DNA of 64,000 nucleotides from Minisyncoccota bacterium (GCA_036405175.1 DASWYC010000002.1:403714-467713), one strand, 5' to 3'; positions 44,201 to 51,190 are shown, counted from the stretch's first letter. Notes: generated by a model from the letters alone, not told the origin. Made by a program: numbers and translations.

Positions 44201-45397
44201 GTCAAGAAGTCCGCGCGTACTATTCAAGCTGGTACTGTCCGAAGAGATCCTCAAGATACTCCCAGCCGTGAGAGCACTAGCTCCAAGTTCAAGTGCGTTT
44301 TCTGTTGTGGCTGTTGACCAGTTCCATGTTTGCGTGAAGTTCGTGTTGTCGATAGTGTTGGTTGTAATAGCACCTGTGAGTGATGAGATTGGTGACGTTG
44401 TATCTTCCCATGATGGAATTCCTCCGGTAAGCCCTAGCACTTGCCCGTTAATTCCTGCAGGCAATCGAACATAATCGGTTCCATCGTAGTACATGATGTC
44501 TCCAACGGCATCTGCACCAAGCTGAATCTTTGCACCAGTAACTGCATTATCCAAAATCTTGTTGGTGGTAATAGCCCCATTCCCAATTGCATTGGTAAGA
44601 ATGCTGTTATCTGCAAGTTTATCTGCAGTAATAGCTTGTGTTCCAATTTTTGAGGTGATTACTGAGTAGTCATCGAGCGCAAAGCTATTTACTGACTTAT
44701 TCGCAAGCTTTTCTGCGGTAATGGTGTAATTTACAATTTGGTCAGCGGTAATGCTGAGCTGAGAAAGCTTTGAAAGCGAAATGCTTCCGTCTGCAATTTT
44801 GTCTCCTGTGATTGAACCGTCCGCAAGCTTTGATGAAGTTACTGCAAGATCTGCAATTTTTTGCGTTGTTACAGCAAGGTCAGCAAGTTTCTGAGTAGTT
44901 ACTGATCCATTAGCAAGCTTAGCGGTAGTTACCGCAAGATCTTTGATGCGCTGAGTTGTAACAATGAGTGTATTTGGATTTGAAGAAGTATTTTGTGAGG
45001 CTGTTGTCTTTGGGAGCTGGGCAGCAATGTCACTAATGGTTTGTGAAGTTGGCTTAGTATTCTTTACTTCAGTGTTTTTAATACTTTGGGCAACTACAGC
45101 ATTTGAGTTTTTTGCATTTGGATTAAGCACTAATACGTTTTGTGAAGCAATTTGCTGAGTTCCCTTTGAGGTTAATACGCTTACGGTCTTTGAATTTGAG
45201 TTGAACGTTAAACTTCCTGCGTTTACTGGCTGGAATTTATTTATATCCTGATTTGATGAAGAAATTACATTGAGTGAGTCTGCAGCTGAAGAGTTTTGAG
45301 CGTATGTAACAGGAGTAATTTGCACTGAAAGAAAGAGCACAAGAGTGAGTAATGCGATGAAATTTTTTATAGTTTTATTGCAACGCATTAGGCTCAT
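32243..45397 (-). CDS. Giant (4384 aa) secreted tail-fibre-like protein with S74 intramolecular chaperone
   Basis: Signal peptide; VTTxKIAD decapeptide arrays; about 35 GNVGIGT-like hinges; SDVRLKQNI...GFLAQQL...VDYTRVVPLLTKAIQD; G/S/T/D/P tail. Confidence 0.93.
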   Translation of the reverse strand: MSLMRCNKTIKNFIALLTLVLFLSVQITPVTYAQNSSAADSLNVISSSNQDINKFQPVNAGSLTFNSNSKTVSVLTSKGTQQIASQNVLVLNPNAKNSNAVVAQSIKNTEVKNTKPTSQTISDIAAQLPKTTASQNTSSNPNTLIVTTQRIKDLAVTTAKLANGSVTTQKLADLAVTTQKIADLAVTSSKLADGSITGDKIADGSISLSKLSQLSITADQIVNYTITAEKLANKSVNSFALDDYSVITSKIGTQAITADKLADNSILTNAIGNGAITTNKILDNAVTGAKIQLGADAVGDIMYYDGTDYVRLPAGINGQVLGLTGGIPSWEDTTSPISSLTGAITTNTIDNTNFTQTWNWSTATTENALELGASALTAGSILRISSDSTSLNSTRGLLDVANTGSSTSGVVARIQANNSADSGLTVFADGRIGINANTTGTTLALKQNANGNVLLNAQRATDVAPSGDFITYWNAAGDTVLYRVDNSGNVYAGGITNSNSITITSTSAPQLRVQYDGGNENTNSVSSAGVTTFGFNGTTPQGLFVPQSNRTDTFQFLTAGGLATVLNVDTQNQRVGVGTDTPASTFSVGTTSQFQVDSNGNVIANTINASGTLTLTGLSPSSMVFTDASSNLITATMSGDATITTGGVFTISNNAITTGKILDQNVTTAKIADLNITTQKIADGAVTAIKLATDAVETVKIKDLNVTTAKIDDLAITAGKLAADSVITAKILDSNVTTAKLADFAVTAIKLATDAVTTIKIQDGAVTTPKIADLNVTTQKIANNAVDGTKIQLGSDANGDMMYYNGTDYIRLPIGSGSQVLMVNSGVPMWGAGTSPISALTPAVASNSIDNTIYTQTWNWGGMGSGSALSIGITGTSAADNTALNLTTSSTGTNAYALRVNDDGTYADSTPFIVDVSGNVGIGTTSAAQKLTVAGTGSFTGNVGIGTTPDVTAPLNISSAFSSYITVKLNSSHVAGGVGFHESNALRGYVGYVGGSTIFPSGEIADAMVLHGNTALQFGVNSSPRITILNNGNVGVGTTSPSGYFSVGSSSQFQVNSSGAISAATGISSSGTINFSGLTASKVVFTDASKNLTSTGTVGVDQGGTGTTGLTGIVIGNGASAFTATTLSSGIATQISDETGTGALVFGTTPVFTTNISTPAIISSGALTVTPAAGQNLNVSLSGAGDFVVNSNQFVVDTSAGNVGIGTTTPAYALHVVANAPGSVPLAVQNTNDTGFSSMRYFDDAGVQRMSVGYGNANATAAVYREKAYIITYQANPLLIVTNSAERMRVTETGTVGIGTQTPGAQLEVKTAASGTVGLIVGGTTGQTGDLQQWKDANANTKLAIDASGALYQTPSMVFNTSTLDPNDATSHLFAIKNSPTIQFNPNAYSASDSFVANQFSPVFDMTGARASGVNFGYNTLYALYTDPAENQDMTNMDLRSLYGYVSHAGNVTLGTATGVAGRVNNTGSGAITNARSLWARNVNNTGGGTIGTAYGLYLDNQTAGTTNYSIYSAGGQSYFAGNFAIGTTTMNNGSKFDVQAPNATTASGNNIAFIESSDSQAGDKGGSLGFGGQVASGVVGAFASIAGRKENGTPGSPSGYLQLSSQTSAGVMTEAMRINSFSNVGIGVSGSGILRRVDIRNASGQSGSLTLMNNDFLINSTGTSMQFSSGAATGDTYYRMQVNNGGQASGGNLVINDFGGNVGIGTSTPTTFKLEVSGNVGPASDNANNLGSALKRYANVYATTFNGNITPTGFTQGSVVFAGSGGTLSQNNGKFFWDDTNGRLGIGTNSPTTTNGGLDIASGGIGLIVGADGSNTTRTNGATKEARIGVPHATNAEEPLAIIVASSSAGANNVVIGGGTSSMNTATTLFFSTAANTTTTTGSTRMLIDSSGNVGIGIGTNAPSSRLQISAAANAENMTLGSGAAVGLTVSNDNRLYGINFGVGASGKGWIQAGRVDGTATAYDLSLQASGGNVGIGTTTAGAKLDVSEVATGQTANRMIFESSNPGSTFNTTAGALTTWTGYFNNTATRSTGANQLTNVGLYASASGAQLNYAAIFDQGNVGIGTSAPGGKLHIADDTGGHLRLSRTSMTDRAITISAADNLVFGTWASPNQLIIDNTGKVGIGTTTPDSNLHISASSNSVYNLHISNGGGTATGMLITGGNSGSDASLLRIADNLNTTPFFVVTDGNVGVGTATPSTGKLQINTGAASNNALTLQASSQTSRTYGLGIDSSANFSIYDNTDAVARMVIDSTGEVGFGTTTPSAGVENYGTTQLTAAMTDAGARGSVLALNGNVATAGSGGAITFGNAQSVTAGSLGYAAIKGLLTNGGTNTVGDLAFSTRAVTTDTALTERMRIVGTTGNVGIGNSAPFAPLHVGAGNNLPIIDGAGVSLNPQVLNVQTSAGAAAYGVGINDGTNNRRVGLFVDQANGLAGISTAYSTGGLPFVFRNAGGERLRILDSGNIGIGTTTPSSPLHVEKGIAGGYVSTFTNTDTGTSSNGLRVEVSNNNANNTVQRWFVSGSEIMRVQANGKVGIGTAGPTATLEVASGGFSAQLEGTTLMFTRNTGPSYIAANQTNGYLAFVTNGRAQSEANSNFVLKSDLNSYFNGDVGIGTSTPTRSLQINAATDAFSVYSSGVLNNSTSSAPSFLSPKNTVGLFIGSGTNAAPAESTTGYTANESSGNIRFNGAGVGWGDFGYYPNGNVSGEYGAFRFSVTGTTIDTVPDAKVGMGSVYVAGSAGIGTTSPANKLHVYTASGEVMSSVDANGNAPITMLANSAADPAIYTKTGSALRFGTTTNGLASSGFAEAMRIQGGNTGLGDINPTVAKLSVVSGTGDQLSLNGTGTANTVLRFRDDGTETGAIYTLNGETTMRVRAAGALYLDGGGTSNGALTVLANNNVGVGTTSPNNVFDVVTGAAAGYGNYAQIRTSGSTAYRGGLLLTNVPTTVAGATSFKMSSSFNNGSSANAQFGFVANNDADTFLNSGAALEFQYNGNVILAGQGTGNVGIGMNSPGTVKLNVREDVNGDGDIVLSNPNTGTAARAIMSFNSDSASGLISATSGAYTGVSGWADSMVLQTSAATSGGLVIYSANAGIRFQNSGGTDAMILASGNLALGPAVASSRFHVSESNTATSTANGITIEQSGTGDASMHFLLTSSTRYTMGIDNSDSDKFKIGTSGDLNSGNLLTLTSGGYMGLGTAAPAKKLEIVDSGLKISGTNAIEGSPNNARFIVDSGASTSHVLADLRNSNGSTLWVGGRDIGVGTVNPSAKLDVSDVITAQTANRITFESSNPGSTFNTTAGALTAWAGYFNNTATRSTGANALTNVGLYASASGAQNNYAAIFESGSVGIGTTSPQKTFHIQTPSGDLAYTSDSNANYLQFGNGTFSGAKDVRFTSPNAGINLLTLSSSGNVGIGTTAPVTKLQVVQGTTDLGTVSNSAGGTTITGVGTQFQNIFKVGDTITMTSDGETQVISAIASNTSMTTVLPWVSAHTNAAYSLSGGTRLAVLGNGNVGIGTATPSANLEVASSLGQNPAFRISDADVALPDYSGTVFSPGLSANTIGQWASYSGTTGGVQLAGFTAGGSNTGTPFALVGYHGGSTPTTAAINLVGYKHNGGNNRTALGSSELILQVSNTIGNPLMTVLGGGNVGIGATNPGAKLEVTGTTRMSYDASNYTTFTPQSNGNIFIASTGGGIYASNGSTNNYFFAYDGINNRYSYVSGTGLAVTDGGVNRAFFPYSGSSYINNGSNFGIGITTPGATLDTNGTIRTISANVPASGSGLEMSYTGGSGEILAYNRSGAAYLPLRLRGNGLKLYNGSSVGIDVDGTTGNVGIGTTAPSVALVVNSSSANTARMLRSFTSGNATLSAAVGRLEFGTTDSSTYAEYIGANVTAVATEAWTAASARGTALTFSTTANTTTTTTERMRIDHNGNVGINTTSPSSTNGGLDISSSALTLVLGADGNGTTSRTNTTAKSARIGAYHYTNAEEPMAMIFGNPGDLFNSLSIGGGTSLMNAATAIDFFTAINTTTTTGTLRMSIAANGNVGIGGGITTGSATAPLEVKNNTATTAANYLSQFYNTASSLTSTGGGVNIRIDATTGTGWPLMFSKASGTAMQGVSCNYATNTCSIATPSDVRLKQNINETSYSLESVMNIQVRDYEYTYDSTHTRQTGFLAQQLATVFPDAVYVGSSSASIAAGDLKNTWSVDYTRVVPLLTKAIQDIGNITSTFRTNLIAWFGNVENGITDFYAKTVKGDKVETKELCIDDVCVTRDELMKLKSMQVNADNGNGGGGTPTPPPTDGGAPSGDGSGSGTGDNSGTPSGDSGSTGDTGTPSGDTGTGDSGSQPSGDTGSGSGTTGTTGGDSGSTTGGSGDSGSTGGDTGATPTPPTQ

Positions 45398-45639
45398 AAT
45401 TTACCTCTTAATTGTACCATTTTTTATGGCTAAATTTAGAACACAAATTCATATACTGTGGATATATTGACATGCTTTTTAACGTTTATTTATAATGCTT
45501 TTTTAAGTGCTACAACTTTGCGTTGTGATGATGATCATGATAAAAAAACTTTATCAATTTTTTAGCAAAAAATTCACCCAAAAAGTGGAGATTTTTGTAC
45601 CAAAAAATACTCAAAAGTGAGTATGGTACGATTACAGTG

Positions 45640-46293
45640 ATGAATCCAACACTCACCGATGCAATTCAGAAGATTCAAACGAGTAAAGCAGAAATTTTTA
45701 CTCACATTTTGGTGGTGTTTGTACTCCCTATCGTATTTATTAAGACGCAAATTCTTGCAATTGAGTATCGAGTACCCGTTTTAGTAGCACTTATTACCCT
45801 GTTGTGTGCAATTGTGCTCCGAGAAAAGTGGACATTTAGCATGTTGGGACTCAAAACAGGAACATTTAAAAAATATTTTCTTCCCTATGCACTCTTTACC
45901 GTTGCTGGAGTTGCTTTTATCATCAGCATGGCGCATGGACTTGGATATAAAGGCATTCCTCATTGGTGGTCATACCCGCATTTTATCTATCTTTTTTTCA
46001 TTGTATCCCTCTTTCAAGAGATCGGCTATCGTGCATATCTTATTCCAGCACTCGGGAAAATAACCAATGACCCAATCTGGATTCTGCTTTTAAATACAAT
46101 ACTTTTTACCCTATTACACACTATTTTCCCTAACATGATCGTTGGTCTTCCGGTTGCATTTGTTGGCGGTCTTGGGTTTGCACTCATGTACATGAAATAT
46201 CCAAATCTTCCTCTTGTTGTTTTAAGCCATTCAGTGCTTAACTTCTGTGCAGTTCTTTATGGATTTTTTGTAGTTCCAGGTGTTACCTACTAA
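45640..46293 (+). CDS. CPBP (CAAX/Abi) family intramembrane metalloprotease
   Basis: QEIGYR (EExxxR variant), FTLLH, HSVLN, multi-pass. Confidence 0.85.
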   Translation: MNPTLTDAIQKIQTSKAEIFTHILVVFVLPIVFIKTQILAIEYRVPVLVALITLLCAIVLREKWTFSMLGLKTGTFKKYFLPYALFTVAGVAFIISMAHGLGYKGIPHWWSYPHFIYLFFIVSLFQEIGYRAYLIPALGKITNDPIWILLLNTILFTLLHTIFPNMIVGLPVAFVGGLGFALMYMKYPNLPLVVLSHSVLNFCAVLYGFFVVPGVTY

Positions 46294-46405
46294 AAGTATT
46301 GACATCTTTTGCAATGCAATTACGTTGCATTTTTTATTTTGCAACTTATTTGCAAAATAAAATCGAGAGTAAAAACTCTCAATTTTACATAGAACGTACC
46401 TAACA

Positions 46406-46843
46406 TTATAGTGCCAAAACGGGTATAAAATTACCCCTAAACGCGGGTTCTTCGGAAGTACCTTCGCTTAATTCGCCTGATTTTACAACAAAATCTTCAC
46501 CTTCCTGAAAGACCCCAACTTCATTTCCTCCTCCACCGGACCAGCACTGTATACGAGATACTTCATTTTGATCAGCAGGTTCACTTAAAATTCCCGTCTT
46601 ACCTTTAGGTACTTCTTGGCAACTTCCTTCAAAAGTTCCAATAATATGTTCTGTATTATTTACCACTAATACAACTTCTGTTTGGGGCATACCGTATTGC
46701 TCTGGTTTTTGATTAAACCTCCAGACATAGCTAGCGCGTCCAAGTTGATCTGATATTGCGGGTGCATTCACCTTCTTTTTGATAACAAGATACACTATTG
46801 CAACAATTACTACTAAAATAATAAGCCAAAGAATCTTTTTCAT
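46406..46843 (-). CDS. Membrane-anchored hypothetical protein
   Basis: N-terminal TM segment, CWSGGGG motif, two Cys. Confidence 0.7.
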   Translation of the reverse strand: MKKILWLIILVVIVAIVYLVIKKKVNAPAISDQLGRASYVWRFNQKPEQYGMPQTEVVLVVNNTEHIIGTFEGSCQEVPKGKTGILSEPADQNEVSRIQCWSGGGGNEVGVFQEGEDFVVKSGELSEGTSEEPAFRGNFIPVLAL

Positions 46844-46855
46844 AGTATAAATTTA

Positions 46856-47266
46856 TTATTTACCCACCGTCCGCATCATTTGGGCTCGTATAATGCCGAC
46901 AATATCGTACTGATGCCAGTGATCACTCGACAGAGCTTCCACCGGGACCATCAGGCCTTGTACGTTTATTTTATTTGCCTTTTGTGCACGCTGAAATTCC
47001 TTTTCAGGAATCCCGCTTACATCAAGCGCGTAATATTCTCCGCTTGTCGACTTCATCCCTTGAGCACATTCTTTAGTTTGAGGAGTTTTAGTGTCGCCTT
47101 TCTGTGGTAAACACCCCACCTTACCAGTTACTGCAATTGGTTCTTCGGTAGAAACAAATTGAGCACTTGCAAGCTTTTTATTGAGCCATACAAAGAGAGA
47201 AATACCGAGCACGATAACAATAGCAAGGAACGCAAGTGATTGGTAGCGCTGGCCATCAGATTTCAT
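46856..47266 (-). CDS. Membrane-anchored hypothetical protein
   Basis: N-terminal TM segment, CLPQK...QTKECAQG...YYALD. Confidence 0.7.
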   Translation of the reverse strand: MKSDGQRYQSLAFLAIVIVLGISLFVWLNKKLASAQFVSTEEPIAVTGKVGCLPQKGDTKTPQTKECAQGMKSTSGEYYALDVSGIPEKEFQRAQKANKINVQGLMVPVEALSSDHWHQYDIVGIIRAQMMRTVGK

Positions 47267-47331
47267 ACTTCTATTGTACTATGTCCCACCCTTCACCAAA
47301 TCCCATTCATTTCTTACTAAGTGGAAAACCA

Positions 47332-47355
47332 AAAACCCACCGTACGGTGGGTTTT
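47332..47355 (-). terminator. Palindromic terminator
   Basis: aaaacccaccgtacggtgggtttt. Confidence 0.7.
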
Positions 47356-47373
47356 GATGTCGATATATAGTTT

Positions 47374-48723
47374 TTATCGTACCAAGTAGAACACTCCTGT
47401 TGCATAGGTTGTTGCATTCTTGTCTTGATCGGTTGACGTTACTTTAAAGTAGTAGAATGTGTTGCGATTAAGACTGCGGAGTGATACAGCATGGCTTCTG
47501 GTAAGGCGTCCTTGCGATACAGTCTTGGTGGTTGAATCGGTAAAGTCTGGTGAAGTACTGTACGTAATTACATCAGTAGTCGCCTCGTTAGTTGACCAAC
47601 GAATCGTTGCTGCACGTGACGTATAGCTTGGCGCTGCAGAAAGATTATAGATAATTGGTCGTGAAGTATTTGGGGTTGGTGTTGGATTTACTGATGCTCC
47701 TGCCGTAAAGCTTCGTTCATCAGATTGTCCAACATTATTTGCCTGATCAGTTCCTCCTACACGATAGAGATATCCACGTCCTTCGGTAAGTCCACTAATG
47801 GTTACCTTGTGACTTGTAGTAAATTCTCGTGATTCGGTTGCAGTTTTGGTGTCATTAAGGAGTCCAAACATACGACTATTGGTGTTGTTTTCACGATACC
47901 ACACAACACTAGTAGTTGGCTCATTTGTAGTCCATGTAATGGTTGCTGAACTATTTGAGATATTAGTTAGCTGAACATTACTAATTACAGGACTCATGGT
48001 GTCATTTGGATTGTTTACCGTAGTCCATCCAATGGTATCTGAGGTTACTGAATTTCCACTTCTGTCGGTTGCAACAATTTTTACTTGATAATCAGTTTGA
48101 GCATTAAGGTCCACCAATGGAATTACATGTGATGTTGCAGCTGGTGATGATTGAACCATCTGAGTTGAGGTGCTGCCACGTACGTTATACGTTGCAGTTA
48201 TGGTTACTGGCTCATTAGCAATCACATTAACTGATGCTTTTGAGGTTGTTACGCCGGTTACCGTAAAGGTATTGATCACAGGAAGTCCATTTGAGTTGTT
48301 ATTTGCTGAGGTGGTAAAAGTACGTTCGTTTGAAATACTTGTTGCTCCATCTCTATTTACGCCACCCACCGTAAAGGTGTATTGGGTATTTGGTTGTAAA
48401 TTATTAACTTTGATACGATGCTCGGTGCGATATCCAGTGCTTCGTTGAGCAGCTGCACTAAGCGCCACTTGATAGGTTATTGCATTGCTATTATTTGAGA
48501 GACGATACCAAACTAAACTTGTAGTTGGCTCTGAAGTTCTCCAAGAAATAATTGCAGAATCTTTGGTAACATTTGTTACTTCAATACTGTTATTAATGCT
48601 GGTTACGATTGTTGAATTGTTTTGCGCATGAATGAGCTGAGGTAATACAAGAAGGCTCACGGCAACTAACATGCTTGCCATAAAAATACGCAAAAAATTA
48701 AAACTGGTTGATGATGTAGTCAT
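47374..48723 (-). CDS. Secreted fibronectin type III repeat protein (4 domains)
   Basis: Signal peptide; four repeats like SAIISWRTSEPTTSLVWY...H...L..L...Y. Confidence 0.88.
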   Translation of the reverse strand: MTTSSTSFNFLRIFMASMLVAVSLLVLPQLIHAQNNSTIVTSINNSIEVTNVTKDSAIISWRTSEPTTSLVWYRLSNNSNAITYQVALSAAAQRSTGYRTEHRIKVNNLQPNTQYTFTVGGVNRDGATSISNERTFTTSANNNSNGLPVINTFTVTGVTTSKASVNVIANEPVTITATYNVRGSTSTQMVQSSPAATSHVIPLVDLNAQTDYQVKIVATDRSGNSVTSDTIGWTTVNNPNDTMSPVISNVQLTNISNSSATITWTTNEPTTSVVWYRENNTNSRMFGLLNDTKTATESREFTTSHKVTISGLTEGRGYLYRVGGTDQANNVGQSDERSFTAGASVNPTPTPNTSRPIIYNLSAAPSYTSRAATIRWSTNEATTDVITYSTSPDFTDSTTKTVSQGRLTRSHAVSLRSLNRNTFYYFKVTSTDQDKNATTYATGVFYLVR

Positions 48724-48925
48724 ACGATAATTTACTTAAAATTAAGCTATTACATATTCGACCTACATCATAGATGACGATCTTGTTTTGATGATATGTC
48801 ACTAAAAAATCGTACGGAAACTTTTTATGGAAAGTGTCAATAAAGCCTTTATTTTCATGCAAATTTCATAATTTAAATAAATCATAAACCCCTTCATATA
48901 CAAGAGGTTTATATCCTTTTGAATA

Positions 48926-49522
48926 TTATTTTTTGAAATACAATTGCTTAATCTCCTTGCCTGCATTAGAAATAATAACAACTTCTAGCACTGGACTGAT
49001 AAATGAAAATCGGGAGATGTTTTCTATTTTCACTTTTTCAGCGTCCTCTCTGTCTTCTAAGGCAATCAAAGCCAGATGTGGAGAGTATTCACTCATGACA
49101 TACGGATATCCATATTTATCAATGTATAGTTGCTCAGTTTGAGAGTATAACCCTCGATGTTCAACATATGTGCTTCTTACCAAATCTCCCCTAAGCTTAT
49201 TGAGAGCCTCAACAATTTTGAGGTGCACTCTTTCAACTGATGAACTTTTCTGATACTTAATTCCCACATATTCATTTTTAATATTCACACTAGTAGGAAC
49301 AAGCTCAATATCTCCTACTTCCGATGCAATTCTTTGCAGTGCTTCGATTACACTTTCTATATCGTTTTGTAAAACTTTGCATTGATAAATAGTTATGTGC
49401 GGATCAGCAAGACGCGACTTAATTACATATTGAGACTCGAGCAATTCCCTCACCTTTAGTAATTCATTCTGAGCAGACTGAGGTACACCAAATGTAACCG
49501 TTATCAAGCAGGTTGTATCCAT
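48926..49522 (-). CDS. 2H phosphoesterase (2'-5' RNA ligase-like)
   Basis: PHITI and PHLAL motifs; KYGYPYV. Confidence 0.75.
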   Translation of the reverse strand: MDTTCLITVTFGVPQSAQNELLKVRELLESQYVIKSRLADPHITIYQCKVLQNDIESVIEALQRIASEVGDIELVPTSVNIKNEYVGIKYQKSSSVERVHLKIVEALNKLRGDLVRSTYVEHRGLYSQTEQLYIDKYGYPYVMSEYSPHLALIALEDREDAEKVKIENISRFSFISPVLEVVIISNAGKEIKQLYFKK

Positions 49523-49526
49523 ATAC

Positions 49527-51062
49527 CTATTCTACAGTAAGCGATTGCCCAGTCATTACGGCTGGTTTTTCTAATCCAAGCAATTTAAGAATGGTTGGTG
49601 CAAGCCATCCAATGTCTCCTCCATCTTTTAAAGTAAGTCCTTCTTTGGTGACAATGCACGGTACTTGATTAATAGTATGCGCCGTATGTTTATTGCCTTC
49701 TTCATCAATATTCATTTCTGCATTTCCATGATCCGCAGTAACAATAGCAATACCATCGCTTGATTCAATATACTCAATTAAGCGCCCTAATTCTCTATCA
49801 ACTGCTTCTGCAGCCGCAACAATAGCTGGTATATTTCCCGTGTGACCTACTACGTCTGCGTTAGGAAAATTCACCACCAAGAAATTAACTCCATTTCCTA
49901 ACTGTTCAATACACGCATCGACGATCTCTTTTGCCATCATTTCTGGCGCCTCATCATGCGTTTTGATATCAGTACGGCTTTCAATCTTTACATGATGTTC
50001 ATTTTCTTGGATCATGTCACGCTGTCCATTCATAAAGAATGTAACGTGCGGAAACTTTTCCGATTCAGAAATATGAGCCTGAGAAAGCCCGGCTTGTGCA
50101 ATTTCTTGCGCTAAGGTTGTCTCAATGTTAATTGGTGGAAATGCAACAAATGTATCAAATTCATCAGCATATTGAGTCATCGTAACAATCAGAAGATTAA
50201 ATTCTTCACGTTTTTTCAAGAACTCTCCTACAATTTGACGCATTCTATCGGCTCGGAAATTTAAGCAAATAATTGCATCATTTTCATTAATTAAATACTT
50301 TTTACCAAGTGCGTGCTGAATTTGGTAGTGCTCCATGTATTCGTCTACCTTTCCTGTTGGATCCTCATCATACTGAGCATCCATGATATTTGCAACTATT
50401 TGCGTATCACTGATATCATAAGCTTTCCCTTCTCCTTTAAACATAATATTAAGAACACCCTCAATACGATCCATATTTCCTGCACGATCCATGCCATAGT
50501 AACGTCCACCAACCGATGCAATTACTCCAACACCCGCTTTTGTAATTTCTGCTTCAAGATTCTGCAAATATCCTTTTGCAGTTTTTGGTAACGTATCGCG
50601 ACCATCGGTAAATACATGAAGAATTACTTGCTCTTTAGTGAGTCCAGCATCTTTACAAAGTTTTAAAAATGCAAATAAGTGATCTTGATGTGAGTGCACG
50701 CCGCCGTCAGACAACAGCGTAATTAAGTGAATCTGAGAATTAAATTGCTTAACATGACTGAGTGCAGTAATAAATGCCTCATTCTCAAAGAACTCACCGT
50801 TATCAATAGCTTTTTTGATTTGCACCAAGTCGGTATCAAATGCTTTTCCGGCACCAATTACCGTATGACCAATTTCACTATTCCCCATCTGCCCGTCCGG
50901 CAACCCCACATGGAGTCCTGACGCATGCAACAGTGTATGAGGATACTGCTTCCACAGACGATCAAAATTTGGCGTATGGGCAGTTGCTAAGGCATTATTG
51001 GTTGGGTCTTCACGGTGTCCCCAGCCATCAAGGATAATAAGAGCAGCTTGGTTGGTTTTCAT
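49527..51062 (-). CDS. gpmI: 2,3-bisphosphoglycerate-independent phosphoglycerate mutase
   Basis: ILDGWG, QMGNSEIGH, GGVHSH, DGRD, GRYYGMDR, DVVGHTG, TADHGNAE. Confidence 0.97.
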   Translation of the reverse strand: MKTNQAALIILDGWGHREDPTNNALATAHTPNFDRLWKQYPHTLLHASGLHVGLPDGQMGNSEIGHTVIGAGKAFDTDLVQIKKAIDNGEFFENEAFITALSHVKQFNSQIHLITLLSDGGVHSHQDHLFAFLKLCKDAGLTKEQVILHVFTDGRDTLPKTAKGYLQNLEAEITKAGVGVIASVGGRYYGMDRAGNMDRIEGVLNIMFKGEGKAYDISDTQIVANIMDAQYDEDPTGKVDEYMEHYQIQHALGKKYLINENDAIICLNFRADRMRQIVGEFLKKREEFNLLIVTMTQYADEFDTFVAFPPINIETTLAQEIAQAGLSQAHISESEKFPHVTFFMNGQRDMIQENEHHVKIESRTDIKTHDEAPEMMAKEIVDACIEQLGNGVNFLVVNFPNADVVGHTGNIPAIVAAAEAVDRELGRLIEYIESSDGIAIVTADHGNAEMNIDEEGNKHTAHTINQVPCIVTKEGLTLKDGGDIGWLAPTILKLLGLEKPAVMTGQSLTVE

Positions 51063-51190
51063 AGGATTTTATTGTACACGATTGAGGATGAATAAGAAAT
51101 CTTTAAAATTAGGGAGTTTTGTTGACAAGCACAACGATACATAATACTGTGAAATAAATTTCTATTTTCAAATTAAAAATCTCATTATAT

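Noticed and set aside
33290-44960. CRISPR array or diversity-generating retroelement
   Set aside because: Repeats are in-frame coding units with irregular spacing; duplicate modules differ at all bases rather than only adenines; no cas or reverse transcriptase gene
32377-45158. Antisense and alternative-frame ORFs within the giant gene
   Set aside because: By-products of repetitive Gly/Thr/Ser/Ala codons
32243-45397. Prophage or tailocin
   Set aside because: No structural, lysis or integration genes; the protein has a Sec signal and housekeeping neighbours
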